From Haliotis rubra (lineage: Eukaryota): a stretch of DNA of 64,000 bases. Below are positions 1-14,988 of the stretch, in pieces. The notes below the pieces were generated by a model. That model ran no database searches. It saw only the letters and a program-made list of their open reading frames with translations, and was not told the DNA's origin. Position numbers and translations under genes: made by a program. The stretch covers positions 1,116,001-1,180,000 of the forward strand of contig NW_025766370.1 in assembly GCF_003918875.1 (NCBI RefSeq). Direction: 5' to 3'. Every line of letters begins with the position of its first letter. Positions within the stretch are counted from its first letter, which is position 1.

Positions 1-1024
1 ATACTGTGATAGCATGAGATGTTTAATTTAGATGATTTAACGTTTATCGTAACGTAATATAGTCGCTCTCGGCGGGTATCAGGGTTCTCACTCTCGGAAG
101 ACCGTCCACAAGTCGACACTGAATGGAATAGCATTGACAAGTTAACAAAACCGTGTATCGACTTAAAATAGGTCCCACTATTGGTCCGCGCAGCAGGCGA
201 TAGCTCTTGTACAAATGTATACCATATTCGGTTATGGCTTCGCATGTGAATATGGGTGCGTAGCATCCTAAGTGAGAAATATGAATGGCGTAAGTCTTTC
301 GCACTAACGTTTCTTTGTGAGTTAACAACTTGCCGCTTTTTTAATGTTTGTCCTTTTATTTCTCAAACTGACTTCATGCAGTCATCTAATCATTGCTATT
401 CCAAATGGATGAGATGTAAACACTATGTTTAGTGTCTCGAAATCGCAGTCTCTATGGAATATATTTCGGCTGATAATATAGACTGACTGTTGATGGCGTT
501 GATTTTTACGAATTACGCCAATTCACCTTTCTACGACATGAAATTAAACGATCTCACAAGATGTTTGCATTTGTTTACCCCATCCCCTGTTAATCCTCAA
601 CAACCACAGGAGTCAGGAAACTCTCCCATCTGGCACCCGTGACAATTAGGCGAAAGAATAATGACACACTTGTTTCCAAACATGTTTTAATTACGCTGTA
701 TATCGTGACAAATGTGTCTGCTCCACAGTGGTGAATAATTCACATAGCCAGACATATAGATGACCTTTTGTCGTGGGTTGATGAAAGCTAACTATTGTAA
801 TGAATCGCTAAGACTTGCTCAGATAAACAACATACGACAACTGGCGAACTAACCAATTAAATGTTTGGCGAAAACAAATCTTGTCTGATTAGTTTCTGTT
901 AATAACCTGTGAGCATGAGGTCAATCCTTCTGGAGAAGTTCCATTGTCATTAAATAGAGTTAGTGAGTGAGTGAGTTGGGTTTTGCTTTGAACAGGATTC
1001 CAGTTACATCAGTCGTGCCAACAC

Positions 1025-1511
1025 TACTGATCTAGCGAGGTTGAGGTGCAGGGATCGATCCCACCTGTGACCGGGTGAAAATACCTTGGAGTCAACTTTG
1101 TGTGCAGACTCTTTCCGTGTCGCCACAACCCCTAGTGTACAGTACACAACCCTGTGCACTTAAAAGAACCCACGAATCCGTTGGTATATGACCAGATGGT
1201 GGCCACATGAATACGTGCAAACACCTAGTTGCGGGTACAGCACCGTGAAGTGAACTTGGACAAAGTACTGTGACTATGTGTGTCCCAGTCAACCCAGCTG
1301 TCAATGGGTACCACGTTAGGATGAGAAAGCCACAATAACTCGTGCGCCTAGTGGCAACAAGAGTTGTATACACCCCAGGGAGTTGAGATTGATAATACGA
1401 TGTGCAGTTGAGATAGACATCCAATTATCAAGGGAAAAATGCCAGCGCCTTTAGCATGCACGAGATGCGTGGATATGTGCGCTATATAAATATCCTATGA
1501 TAATAATAATA
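1025..1511 (+). mobile_element. tRNA-head SINE (family S1) with L2-like tail, 5' end deleted
   Basis: B-box-like gggatcgatccc, body tgcacttaaaagaaccc and cacccagctgtcaatgggtacc, tail gcgctatataaat...(taa)n. Matches copies at 9313, 20447 and 46345. Confidence 0.85.
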
Positions 1512-1595
1512 GTAGTAGTAGTAGTAGTAGTAGTAGGACTAGTAGTAATAGTAGTAGTACCAGGCTTAGTAACAGTAGTTGTAGTGGTATTAATA
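1508..1595. repeat. (GTA)n microsatellite
   Basis: agtagtagt run; orthologous to 9296-9311 and 18178-18295. Confidence 0.9.
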
Positions 1596-3811
1596 GTTTC
1601 ACTGTCCTCATTAAGCTGACAAATTGTGATTTGAAAAGTGTAGTTTTCACATGGGCGTCAAACTAAACTCAACAATGAAACAAAGAGAACTTGTCAGTGA
1701 AGAAATAATTAATAATTCCAACTGACTCATCCATTTGCAAATCCTGTAATTTTACAAAATGTTACAATAAAGGCGAAAAGTCCATTCCATAGTCATACGA
1801 AATCTCATCTCATCCATTTTTGTGCATCTGGTTACAGTCTCATTACTTGAACAATGTGATCTAATTAGAGGCTTTACAGGTTTAATGGTTAATTCAGATT
1901 ATGAGCTATTTTGGCCACTCTTCCACCGTGGGGTATACCTCAAAGATCTTATACCCAGGGTCATTTAGCAAGGAATATTTGATATTCTTAATAGTGGGAT
2001 CAGGCTTTATCATAAATAACCCGCTGTGTGTTAATCAGGTAAAGAGATGCTTTAAGAAACGGTGGTGGGCGTGTCATTAAATACTCAGCCACATACACGT
2101 TGTACACGGGGAATGTTTATTTAGAAAATGCTCAAATTAATCAGACATCTAAAGCTGGTCACCGTCCCTAAAGGTGATGCAAATATGTACAGCTTGTTAG
2201 CATATCTGGACATCGTGAAGACCTCTACCTTCCACCATTTAATACCCGGAAGGTTGGCAGGAGGGGTTGGGGGGTACCCTTATTACTGACAGGAATACGG
2301 TTTCCCTGACTGCTACATAACAGGCTTTTTGAGGCGTCACAGGAAGAGCCGAACAATTTAACTGTTACTGTTTTGTTTCAGGTGTACAAATGACTTGCCT
2401 TTGGAAGTGCAGACTGGGAGGTAGGATAGGTTCACCGTTTTTCACCTGGTACTGTCAACATTTGATAATGCTTCCTAAACACATGCTTAGAATAAAATCG
2501 GAAATATACAATGGACTGAACATTTGGTACAGATTTCCTTTGACTGTGAAAAAGATTATGAAAAGAAAAATTATCAATTATAATCCAAGACATTCAGCTA
2601 ATCTAGCAAAAACAATGTCCTTTTTGATAAAACCTGACACGTTTTTTCAAAAGGTTAATCTTGCTCTGCCAACCCTCTCCCCTCTCAAGAATATCAAAAG
2701 GTCAGTTCCTCGCTTGTATTGAACTGACATAAATGTGTCCTTTGACATCGTCACATCTCACCACCGTTGACGTTATTTGATGTAACAAAATACCCAGATG
2801 ACGTCTTGTCAAGTTTTCAAACTCATTATGAAATATCATTTTCAGTTATTAATAAACCGTGTTTCAACAAGCTACATATTGAATTCACTGGAAAGATGTT
2901 ATGCCTAGCATTGGAAACGGTACATGAGATCCATCATGAGAATCCTATAGCTGATGCTTTAAAAACATCTTCACACTTCCCTGTGCGTTGACATCAAACC
3001 GAAACAGCTTTCTCATTTTGATATTGTATTGATTCGATTGCCGAGAATAAATACTTATAATTCACTTCAGAAAAGGGTATAAGTAGACAAAGGCACATTC
3101 AGCTGAGATCAAGTATATAAATCACGTCATTTCGGTGTAAAAAGAAATAACGCCAATCCTCAATCAGAGTGAAAGGTTGAGATCCTCTGTCGAGACCTTT
3201 CAAATAGAATTAAGACCTTCTTTACTGTGAGAGGCTGTCAATGAATGGGGCTTTGGAAGGCTCCTCGGTGTACGCATTACTGGCTTTGGTTATGAGACAT
3301 TGAGAAACCACCAAATCTGGATTCAGAGTTAGACACTTACCCGACTGAACACAATTAATACAATTTGGAGAGCTATTTGAAGTCTTGAAGACGTTTGAAG
3401 TTCTCCTGCCGTTTTATTTAAGGATATATAACCTAAGGCTCAACGATCTGGAAGGTGGTTGCCAAGGAATGTGGGGACATTTCTATTTCAACGCCAGTGT
3501 TCATTGATTGCCTTGAGTTACAGAGTTGAATCGTTGTCGATTTGTGTTTTTTCATGTAATGGTAACATTTTCATCAGTGTGATAAATACATCCAATAACA
3601 TGTAAAACATGATTCCATAACTCTGCTAGATGGATTATCGAAACTACTTTCAGCACGTTTGATTCATCGATTGAATAATTAGTGTAATTGTTCAAGACGT
3701 TCCCGATGTCGGGGTAAATAATTATTGCTGGAACTATTCGGCACTATGTAATTGATAAATTCACCCCTGCTTTGTATTCTAAGCTATTTCTAAAATACGA
3801 GAATTCAATAT

Positions 3812-3965
3812 AAAGATCCGGGTTAGAATTGGTCTTTGTCAACCCACTGGCGGAAGAGGCTATTAAAGGGATCGGGTGATCACGCTCGCAGACTTGGTTG
3901 ATACATGTCCTCGTATGCCATTGTGAAGAACGAAGCTCCTGAGGACCATTTCTAACCCGGATTAT
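3812..3965 (+). mobile_element. Partial SINE family S2 (also ~11767-11915 in copy B)
   Basis: gggatcgggtgatcacgctcgcagacttggttgatacatgtc matches the S2 body. Confidence 0.75.
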
Positions 3966-5841
3966 CATGGGTATGTTTTTATGAAATGCTGCACTCAAGT
4001 CTTCAGAGAGAAAAAAATTACCCCTCAAATACTGTCGATCCATGACTTTTTTGTTCAGTTCAAGCAGGTTGAGACCTTCATGTTTATCAGACAATTCCTG
4101 TAATACAATTACTTAAACTTGATATTGGGACGTATGTAATTGTAATTGTATGTAAATGTTTTAATATATGTATACGAGATTTTAAGCATAAAGCATACGT
4201 TCTGTATTGACATACGGGCACAGTAGCCCTGGAGTTGGACTGCGTCCAATAGGAAACATGCCTACCATTGCATATGTACGATGCTGCTCGTTTATGAATT
4301 AAGGGTCAACAGAACCCTCAACGTTTCAATTTATATTTGATTTTCAGTTCAGAATTTGAGGGTAGCCGCATAATATCAAAATTTTGACCCTTCAAAGAAT
4401 ATGTGCACCCGTTTTTTTTTAGTTAAAATATAATTTGGTTGAACACTTTTAGAAGAATAAAATGCAGCTGCTGGTTGGTACCTTAACCATCTTATGTATG
4501 CAAATCATTTATTTATTTTTTGTGCATGTACAATTAAAGCAAGGTTGGGGCCAAATCTTGATCCAGTGTTCATTGAACGAATTCATCGTTATTTGGAATT
4601 ATCCAACGATAGATCACTTTTCACAAGATGGTGCAAGCATGATTGATGACTACATGGACATAATCAAACATTTCTTTTCTTCACCTCAACACGAAAAATT
4701 GACAGTGTAAACCGCAGTTTATGTTTACACACTTTTTAATTTAGTGAAAGGGATCATGAATAAGTTACATGTGCATGTGTGCCGATTGGTGTTAATGAGG
4801 GGGACATAAATGACGTGCAGAAGACGACAAAAAGACAAGCATACACATAAGAAGACGTACGTCTCGAGCACAAACAGACAGACACAAACGCCAACACAAA
4901 CACAGACATACACATAGAGAGACACAGACACACGCACACACACACGCACAGACACACATGTTCAAACACGAACACACGTTCACACACGAACACGCTCGCA
5001 CAGACAATCAACACTGACCCATGGTGCGACTCCCAATCGACGTCCTGGTCGGTAACCGTCATCTACAAATGTACACCGACGCCGTGGAACGTTGTTCGCA
5101 GGGGTGTTCTATACACATGCATTCCCGACTACCGTCTGCTGAGAATTACATTGTTCACCGACTTCAATGCAGGTATTGCATCAAGGAAGGTCGCAAGAGC
5201 AGCTGCACACAGTATCAAGTAGTTATGTGAAAAAAGTGAAGAGGTTTTATCAGACAAATTTCTTTCGCGCAGTGTGGCTTGACTAGTTGGCTCGTCACTT
5301 TGAAAACTCTATCTTTGTTCCCGATATTCCGTGTTCTTGTGCCCCGTCGATGTATTATTGCAATAAAAGTGATTAAAGTGGTGTACATAGTGTAAGTTCG
5401 CTTGATGTGGGAGAATTGATAACTACACCCTTCACCACATAGAGAGAAACACAAACAGACGCACACACACCATCACGCAAGCCCACGCACATACGCACGC
5501 ACGCACAAACACTCTAGCAAACACACCCACATAAACCACCAATGGCACATCTGGGATTCATATCCACAATCAAACGCTTCTCGAACGTTCAAATGACTCT
5601 GCACAAAGGAACTACCGCACCTCAGGGGACTAGGCCCACCCTGAACCCTCAGTACAAGTCAGTACTCACTCAGTAACTCAACCTGACTGTTAAATAGTTG
5701 ACATTTTAAAGCACCAACGTAGATACTATTTTAAATAAAATGCACAATAACTCCAGGATATCACGTTAGTTGCGCGTAAACGTATTCTGAGAAAAATAAG
5801 AAATATTCAATATGTACAAAGATATCTTATTTCAGACATAC

Positions 5842-5953
5842 TTGGTTCGGCCAGATTAAAGGATTTGATTTCATTAGATTTGTGTTCCACTCTGGCATGA
5901 CAAGCGATGATTAGGTGGTTTTTTGACATGCTGTCATTAAGCACATGTGCTTC
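5842..5953 (-). pseudogene. Candidate exon (phase 0 to phase 1) resembling the C-terminal half of an Ig-like domain
   Basis: 112 bp open between AG (5954-5955) and GTATGT (5836-5841). Open in copy B; 1-bp deletion and lost donor in copy C. Confidence 0.35.
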
Positions 5954-6856
5954 CTAAGGGCCACTGTAATATAGAGAAGGTCCGTAATTCTAGTAGAGGA
6001 TAGTTAAATAGCATAAAAGGGAATGAGCTTTGATTTCTAGCTTTATCCACTCAAAACCAAAAACACAAACAAAACAAAGTTTTAACTAATACACTGTAAA
6101 AACACTGTCTTACTGCCACACAATAACAAAAAAACAGTTGTGTCGCTCAATGCCAACTCGGATATACTTACAACGGCGGTAATCAGACATACTTCAGGGT
6201 GTTTCCGATGGCAATGAGGTGCTTGTTGACTCACTTCCACAAGTAACTCATCACGATTATAGTGAACTACATTACCGATCAGGGCTGTGGGCAGTCAACT
6301 AAACTGACGCAGAATAGAAAGTACACATTTGTGCTATGGGATCATTAAAAAGAACGTCAATATTTTGAGACTTTTTGGTTGTGACTTACAAATGACAAAC
6401 ATTGCGTATATGTTTCTTGCTTAAATTTGTATTCGCCTATGTTTGCAACATACAATGTTTTACGACGATAATGCGAACTATGTTGAATACCTTCATATTG
6501 CCAGCACTATAATTGCTAAAAGGCAACGTCACAGTACATATTCATCGCCTAACATTATATTTAATGTGTGGCTTTCAACCACGTGCATTTTCTCCACTGG
6601 AGTATATGCCACTTGTGAATGTTGTAACAGTGATATATTCGGCATCCTTCTTCATGTTAAAATCGCGTGTGTCAAAAAGCTGGAAACGTCAAAGATTATA
6701 ATTATAATGTCACATTCAGTGATGGTTGTATGTGCGCGTAGTTACTAGTAGTTGTATGAAGAGCTGAGCTGCAGCGCCGCGTGTCAGCTGTGGTGCTTTG
6801 TTAACATGGTGACAGATAAATGCAAAGGTGATAGTATCACGTAGGTAGAGCTGGTA

Positions 6857-7026
6857 GAGTGAGTGTGTGAGTTTAGTTTTACTCCGCTTTTAACAATATT
6901 CCAGCAATATCACGGCGGGGGACACTAGAAATGGGCTTCACACATTGTAGCCATGTGGGGAATAGAACCCGGGTCTTCGGCGTGCCGCGCCAACACTTTA
7001 ACTACTAGGCTACCCCCACCGTCCCG
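6857..7026 (-). mobile_element. Short tRNA-derived SINE family S3
   Basis: Reverse complement gives an A box (ggtagcctagtagttaaag), a B box (ggttctattccc) and an (actc)n tail. Absent at the orthologous copy C site (~30690). Confidence 0.85.
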
Positions 7027-9312
7027 GAGTTACAGCATGATTCAATAAATTATTTGTGAAGAATATTCCGTGCTGTCTCTAAGAGCTATTTTGTTTTTCG
7101 AGGGTACATGCATTGTGCTCCTTACAAACTACGATACACTTTCGACAGGCTTTGCTTGGAGTGCTTTCAGCCTCGAGGTCACTTACACAAGGACTCATAC
7201 TGAATTATTCAATCCCCATTAAAGGATTTATTTCTGCCCCTTCAACAGAGTTTGTGCAAGTAGATTTAGAGACAAATGACACACCACTTCCTGGTTTGTA
7301 GTCATTAAAAGCCTGTAGCCATTTGCTAAGATGTGCTCACCCTGTGATGCGAAGAACAAACTTCTTTCCGTTCATTTTCTTTTTGCAACGGATAATAAGG
7401 TTCCCGACATGCTTCAAAGTGCCTCTGAAAAAAATCCGTATCGTCATTACTTGTATGAACAATAAAAAAGGAGAAGAAGGCTAAACATAAAGGTTAAACC
7501 TGTAACAAAAAGTATTGGTTCAGACATTGATCTATTGTCCAACCTTTGGAACCCTCAAAGGCGTCCGTTGGTCTGGAAATATAGTGTGCAGGTGCTCCAT
7601 ATATCTTAGAGTTAATTCATTTTTTTTATGTTATCTAATGCACACTATTCAAAACCTGTGATTACACTACTTGACATTGACCCTGGATCCCCGAAGGTTT
7701 GGCATTTTGTTCAAGCTATTAAGGACAGGTATGCCTACGCCATACTCCGTTTCGTGTGACGTAACATACTTATTTGTACAGTAGAACGTCACACATTTTG
7801 ATAAAGATTGTGTGCGTGTGCGTGTGCGTATGTGTATATGTGCTCTTTGATGACGGCCTGTAAATAATCGAGCCTGAACCAGTAATATCTTAAGTATCCA
7901 GTTATCGATATTGAGAGTTCCCACCCAATGATCGTAATCAATCATTCACCTGAGCCTGAGTATCCATTAAGTCTCCTCTGGCGACCATCATCGGCTGCTG
8001 GGTACCAACTGTAATGATCTCAAGGTATGAAAGAATGCTCCTTGATATGATGTCCCCGTTTCCAACATGGCCATGTAATAGTTAAAGTTGCGTGCAATCC
8101 ATGCTTGACCATTACATCAAGATTATGTTAACGTCATTGACATAAAGAATACTGTGATAGCATGAGATGTTTAATTTAGATGATTTAACGTTTATCGTAA
8201 CGTAATATAGTCGCTCTCGGCGGGTATCAGGGTTCTCACTCTCGGAAGACCGTCCACAAGTCGACACTGAATGGCATAGCATTGACAAGTTAACAAAACC
8301 GTGTATCGACTTAAAATAGGTCCCACTATTGGTCCGCGCAGCAGGCGATAGCTCTTGTACAAATGTATACCATATTCGGTTATGGCTTCGCATGTGAATA
8401 TGGGTGCGTAGCATCCTAAGTGAAATATATGAATGACGTACGTCTTTCGCACTAACGTTTCGTTGTGAGTTAACAACTTGCCGCTGTTTTAATGTTTGTC
8501 CTTTTATTTCTCAAACTGACTTCATGCAGTCATCTAGACATTGCTATTCCAAATGGATGAGATGTAAACACTATGTTTAGTGTCTCGAAATCGCAGTCTC
8601 TATGGAATCTATTTCGGCTGATAATCGAGACTGACTGTTAATGGCGTTGATTTTTACGAATGACGCCAATTCACCTTTCTACGACATGAAATTAAACGAT
8701 CTCACAAGATGTTTGCATTTGTTAACCCCATCCCCTGTTAATCCTTAACAACCACAGGAGTCAGGAAACTCTCCCACCTGGCACCCTTGACAATTAGGCG
8801 AAAGAATAATGGTAGTCAAGACACACTTGTTTCCAAACATGTTTTAATTACGCTGTATATCGTGACAAATGTGTCTGCTCCACAGTGGTGAATAATTCAC
8901 ATAGCCAGACATAGAGATGACCTTTGTCGTGGGTTGACGAAAGCTTACTATTGTCATGAATCGCTAAGACGTGCTCAGATAAACAACATACGACAACTGG
9001 CGAACTAGCCAATTAAATGTTTGGCGAAAACAAATCTTGTCTGATTAGTTTCTGTTAATAATCTGTGAGCATGAGGTCAATCCTTCTGGAGAAGTTCAAT
9101 TGTCTTTAAATAGAGTGAGTGAGTGAGTGAGTGAGTTGGGTTTTGCTTTGAACACGATTCCAGTTACATCAGACGTGCCAACACGTGGGAATGGGGAAAG
9201 CCAGAAGTGATTCACGTTTACCGTTTTGTTAAAACCCATGGTTCGACAAACCAAAATACTGAACTGACCATCTTTTGTTCACGTCGTCGTCGTCGTAGTA
9301 GTAGTAGTAGTT

Positions 9313-9506
9313 TGGGGCGTGGTGGGCGAGCTGGCTAAGGCGCTAGGCTACTGATCCAGCGAGGTTGAGGTGCCGGGATCGATCCCACCTGTGACCGGGT
9401 GTAAATACCTTGGAGGCAACTTTGTGTGCAGACTCTTTCCGTGTCGCCACAACCCCTAGTGTACAGTACACCTACCCTGTGCACTTAAAAGAACCCACGA
9501 ATCCGT
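9313..9506 (+). mobile_element. SINE S1, 3' part deleted
   Basis: Intact head ggggcgtggtgggcgagctggctaaggcg...gggatcgatccc; truncated after gaatccgt. Confidence 0.85.
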
Positions 9507-12500
9507 AACAGTAGTTGTAGTGGTATTAATATTATAGCTTTCCTCATTAAGCTGACAAATTGTGATTTGAAAAGTGTAGTTTTCACATGGGCGTCAAACC
9601 AAACTCAACAGTGAAACAAAGAAAACTTGTCTATGAACTAATAATTCCAACTGACTCATCCATTCGCGATTCCTGTAATTTTACAAAATGTTACAATAAA
9701 GGCGAAAAGTCCATTCCATAGTCATACGAAATCTCATCCGAAAGCAGAATCCATTTTGCTACATCTGGTTACAGTCTCATTTCTGAAACAATGTGATCTA
9801 ATTAGAGTCTTTACAGGTTTAATGGTTAATTCAGATTAGGAGCTATTTTGGCCACTCTTCCACTGTGGGATATATCTCAAAGATCTTATACCCAGGGTCA
9901 TTTAGCAAGGGATATTTGATATTCTTAATAGTGGGATCAGGCTTTATCATAAATAACCCGCTGTGTGTTAATCAGGTAAAGAGATGTTTTAAGAAACGGT
10001 GGTGGGCGTGTCATTAAATAATCAGCCACATACACGTTGTACACGGACAATGTTTCTTTAGAAATTGCTCAAATTAACCAGGCATCTGAAACTGGTCACC
10101 GTCCCTGAAGGTGATGCAAACATGTACAGCTTGTTATCATAATAGGACATCGTGAAGACCTCTACCTTCCACCATTTAATACCCGGAAGGTTGGCAGGAG
10201 GGGTTGGGGGGTACCCTTATTACTGACAGGAATACGGTTTCCCTGACTGCTACATAACAGGCTTTTTGAGGCGTCACAGGAAGAGCCGAACAATTAAACT
10301 GTTACTGTTTTATTTCAGGTGCACAATTGACTTGCCTTTGGAAGCGCAGACTGGGAGGTAGGATAGGTTCACCGTTTTTCACCTGGTACCGTCAACATTT
10401 GATAATGCTTCCTAAACACATGCTTAGAATAAAATCGGAAATATACAATGGACTGAACATTTGGTACAGATTTCTTTTGACTGTGAAAAAGATTATGAAA
10501 AGAATAATTATCAATTCAGCTTATCTAGCAAAAACAATGTCCTTTTTGATAAAACCTGACACGTTTTTTCAAAAGGTTAATCTTGCTCTGCTAACCCTCT
10601 CTCCACTCAAGAATATCAAAAGGTCAGTTCCTCGTTTGTATTGAACTGACACTATAAAGGCTTCTTAAACTCCCACAAATGCCATATTAAGACATAGATG
10701 TGTCCGTTGACATCGTCACATCGCACCATCGGTGAAGTTATTTGACGTAACAAAATACTTAGATGACGTCTTGTCAAGTTTTCAAACTCATTATGAAATA
10801 TCATTTTCAGTTATTAACAAACCGTGTTTCAACAAGCTACATATTGAATTCACTGGAAAGATGTTATGTCTAGCATTGGAAACGGAACACGAGATCCATC
10901 ATGAGAATCCTATAGCTGATGCTTAAAAAACATCTGCCGATTCCCTGTGTGTTGGCATCAAACCGAAATAGCTTTCCCATTTTGATATTGTATTGATTCG
11001 ATTGCCGAGAATAAATATTTATAATTCACTTCAGAAAATGGTATAAGTAGACGAAGGCACATTCAGCTGAGATCAAGTATATAAATCACGTCATTTCGGT
11101 GTCAAACGAAATAACGTCAAACCTCAATCAGAGTGAAAGGTTGAGATCATCTGTCGAGACCTTTCAAATAGAATTAAGACCTTCTTTACTGTGAGAGGCT
11201 GTCAATGAATGGGGCTTTGGAAGGCTCCTCGGTGTACGCATTACTGGCTTTGGTTATGAGACATTGAGAAACCACCAAATCTGGATTCAGAGTTAGACAC
11301 TTACCCGACTGAACACAATTAATATAATTTGGAGAGCTATTTGAAGTCTTGGAGACGTTTGAAGTTCTCCTGCCGTTTTATTTAAGGAGATATAACCTAA
11401 GGCTCAACGATCTGGAAGGTGGCCATGGTTGCCCAGGAATGTAGGGACGTCTCTATTTCAACGCCAGTGTTCATTGATTGCCTTGAAATTACAGAGTTGA
11501 GTTGTTGTCGATTTGTGTTTTTTGATGTAATGGTAACATTTTCATCAGTGTGATAAATACATCCAATAACAACTAAACCATATGATTCCATAACCCTGCT
11601 AGATGGCTAATTGGCACGCTTGATGCATCGATTGAATAATTAGTGTAATTGTTCAAGACGTTCCCGAAGTCGGGGTAAATAAATATTGCTGGAACTATTC
11701 GGCACTATGTAAGTGATAAATTCACCCCTGCTTTGTATTCTAAGCTATTTCTAAAATACAATTTAAAGATCCGGGTTAGAATTGGTCTTTGTCAACCCAT
11801 TGACGGAAGAGGCTATTAAAGGGATCGGGTGGTCACGCTCGCTGACTTGGTTGATACATGTCCTCGTATGCCATTGTGAAGAACGAAGCTCCTGAGGACC
11901 ATTTCTAACCCGGATTATCATGGGTGTTTTTATGAAATGCTGCACTTAAGTCTTCAGAGAGAAAAAATTTACCCCTCAAATACTGCCGATCCATGACTTT
12001 TTTGTTCAGTTCAAGCAGGTTGGGACCTTCATATTTATCAGACATAATTCCTGTAATACAATTACTTAAACTTGATATGGGGACGTATGTAATGGTAATT
12101 GTATGTAAATGTTTGAATATATGTATACGAGATTTTAAGCAAAAGCATACGTTCTGTATTGACATACGGGCACAGTAGCCCTGGAGTTCAACTGCGTCCC
12201 ATAGGAAACCTGCCTACCATTGCATATGTACGATGCTGCTCGTTTATAAATTAAGGGTCAACAGAAACCTCAACGTTTCAGTTTATATTTGATTTTCATT
12301 TCAGAATTTGAGGGTAGCCGCATAATATAAAAAAATCGACCCTTCAAAGAAAATGTGCACCCGGTATTTTTAGTTAAAATATAATTTGGTTGAACACCTT
12401 TAGAAGAAAAAAAATGCAGCATGTTAAACAGCTGGTTGGGATCTTAACCATCTTATGTATGCAAATCATTTATTTATTTTTTGTGCATGTACAATTAAAG

Positions 12501-14822
12501 CAAGGTTGGGGCCAAATCTGGATCCAGTGTTCATTAAACGAATTCATCGTTATTTGGAATTATCCAACGATAGATCACTTTTCACAAGATGGTGCAAGCA
12601 TGATTGATGATTACATGGACATAATCAAACATTTCTTTTCTTCACCACAACACGAAAAATTGACAGTGTAAACCGCAGTATATGCTTACACACTTTTTCA
12701 TTTAGTGAAAGGGACCATGAATAAGTTACATGTGCATGTGTGCCGATTGGTGTTAATGAGGGGGACATAAATGACGTGCAGAAGACGACAAAAAAACAAG
12801 CATATACATAAGAAGACGTACGTCTCGAGCACAAACAGACAGACACAAACGCAAACATAGACATAGACATACACATACACAGACTCAGACACACGCACGC
12901 ACAGACACACATGTTCAAACACGAACACACGTTCACACACGAACAAGCTCCCACAGACAATCAACACTGACCCATGGTGCGACTCCCAATCGACGTCCTG
13001 GTCGGTAACCGTCATCTACAAATGTACACCGACGCCGTGGAACGTTGTTCGCAGGGGTGTTCTATACACATGCATTCCCGACTACCGTCTGCTGAGAATT
13101 ACATTGTTCACCGACTTCAATGCAGGTATTGCTTCAAGGAAGGTCGCAAGAGCAGCTTCACACATTATCAAGTAGTTATGAATGTTTCTGTGTAAAAACT
13201 GAAGAGGTTTTATCAGACAAATTTCTTTCGCGCAGTGTGGCTTGACTAGTTGGCTCGTCACTTCGAAAACCCCATCTTTGTTCCCGATATTCCGTGTTCT
13301 TGTGCCCCGTCGATGTATTATTGAATTAAAAGTGATTAAAGTGGTGTACATAGTGTAAGTTCGCTTGATGTGGGAGAATTGATAACTACACCCTTCACCA
13401 CATAGAGAGAAACACAAACAGACGTACACACACACACCATCACGCAGGCCCACGCACATACGCACGCACGCACAAACACTCTAGCAAACACACCCACATA
13501 AACCACAAATGGCACATCTGGGATTCATATCCAGAATCAAACGCTTCTCGAACGTTCAAATGACTCTGCACAACGAACTACCGCACCTCAGGGGACTAGG
13601 CCCACCCTGACCCCTCGGTAAAAGTCAGTACTCACTCACTAACTCAACCTACCTGTTAAATAGTTGACATTTTAAAGCACCAACGTAGATTCTATTTCAA
13701 ATAAAATGCACAATAACTCCAGGATATCACGTTAGTTGCGCGTAAACGTATTCTGAGAGTCTATCGTAAGAAATATTCAATATGTACAAAGATATCTTAT
13801 TTCAGACATACTTGGTTCGGCCAGATTAAAGGATTTGATTTCATTAGATTTGTGTTCCACTCTGGCATGACAAGCGATGATTAGGTGGTTTTTTGACATG
13901 CTGTCATTAAGCACATGTGCTTCCTAAAGGCCACTGTAATATAGAGAAGGTCCGTAATTCTAGTAAAGGTTAATTAAATAGCATAAAAGTGAATGAGCTT
14001 TGAATTCTAGCTTTATCCACTCAAAAACAAAAACACAAACAAAACAAAGTTTTAACTAATACACTGTAAAAACACTGTCTTACTGCCACACAATAAACAA
14101 AAAACAGTGATGTCGCTCAATGCCAACTCGGATATACTTAAAACGGCATACTTCAGGGTGTTTCCGATGGCAATGAGGTGCTTGTTGACTCGCTTCCACA
14201 AGTAACTCATCACGATTATAGTGAACTACATTGCCGATCAGGGCTGTGGGCGGTCAACTAAACTGACGCAGAATAGAAAGTACACATTTATGCTATCGGA
14301 CCATAAAAAAAGAACGTCAATATTTTGAGACTTTTTGGTTGTGACTTACAAATGACAAACATTGCGTATATGTTTCTTGCTTAAATTTGTATTCGCCTAT
14401 GTTTGCAACATACAATGTTTTACGACGATAATGCGAACTATGTTGAATACCTTCATATTGCCAGCACTATAATTGCTAAAAGGCAACGTCACAGTACATA
14501 TTCATCGCCTAACATTATATTTAATGTTTGGCTTTCCACCACGTGCATTTTCTCCACTGGAGTATATGCCACTTGTGAATGTTGTAACAGTGATATATTC
14601 GGCATCCTTCTTCATGTTCAAATCGCAAGTATGTGTGTCGAAAAGCTGGAAACGTCAAAGATTATAATTATAATGTCACATTCAGTGATGGTTGTATGTG
14701 CGCGTAGTTACTAGTAGTTGTATGAAGAGCTGAGCTGCAGCGCCGCGTGTCAGCTGTGGTGCTTTGTTAACATGGTGACAGATAAATGCAAATGTTATAG
14801 TATCACGTAGGTAGAGCTGGTA

Positions 14823-14988
14823 GAGTGAGTGTGTGAGTTTAGTTTTACTCCGCTTTTAGCAATATTCCAGCAATATCACGTTGGGGGACCAGAAATGGGC
14901 TTCACATATTGTAGCCATGTGGGGAATAGAACCCGGGTCTTCGTCGTGACGCGCCAACACTTTAACTACTAGGCTACCGCACCATCCC
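14823..14988 (-). mobile_element. SINE S3 (copy B ortholog)
   Basis: Same sequence and position as 6857-7026. Confidence 0.85.

Larger units (their letters stand above)
44..7426 (-). pseudogene. Decayed multi-exon Ig-superfamily-like gene fragments in unit A (paralogous in B and C)
   Basis: Minus-strand peptides IFTCEAITEYG (44..328), NKDGVFEVTSQL...HNYLIMCEAA (copy B 13082..13465) and KRVDNGREIV (copy C ~16575-16604). Candidate exon 5953-5842 (ttag|EAHVLNDSMSKNHLIIACHARVEHKSNEIKSFNLAEP|gtatgt). Donor-like gtaagt/gtatgt/gtgagc sites near 3339, 6192, 6389 and 7340. Stops and frameshifts in all copies. Confidence 0.4.
1..8148. repeat. Tandem segmental duplication unit, copy A (may begin before the window)
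   Basis: Position 1 (atactgtgatagcatgagat) recurs at 8149 and, diverged, at 16135. ORF pairs 44/8192, 2390/10327/19060, 5021/12974 and 6443/14403 are colinear. Confidence 0.95.

Noticed and set aside
2390-2991. Plus-strand ORFs conserved in three copies (MTCLWK..., MTLFDV...)
   Set aside because: Conservation is explained by recent duplication. Starts vary (ATG/TTG/GTG), frames differ at the C-termini, and no recognisable domain is present.
4725-5062. Cys/Val-rich ORFs (also 12625-13015, 23914-24269, 36541-36830)
   Set aside because: Translations of (CA)n-rich simple repeats.
5021-5230. LPIDVL motif suggesting an IgGFc-binding domain
   Set aside because: A single short motif on the strand opposite the splice signals, with no other domain motifs nearby.
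9313-9395. tRNA genes at SINE heads (also ~47230-47303 and ~54330-54400)
   Set aside because: A and B boxes are present, but they run directly into SINE bodies and no clean cloverleaf is evident.
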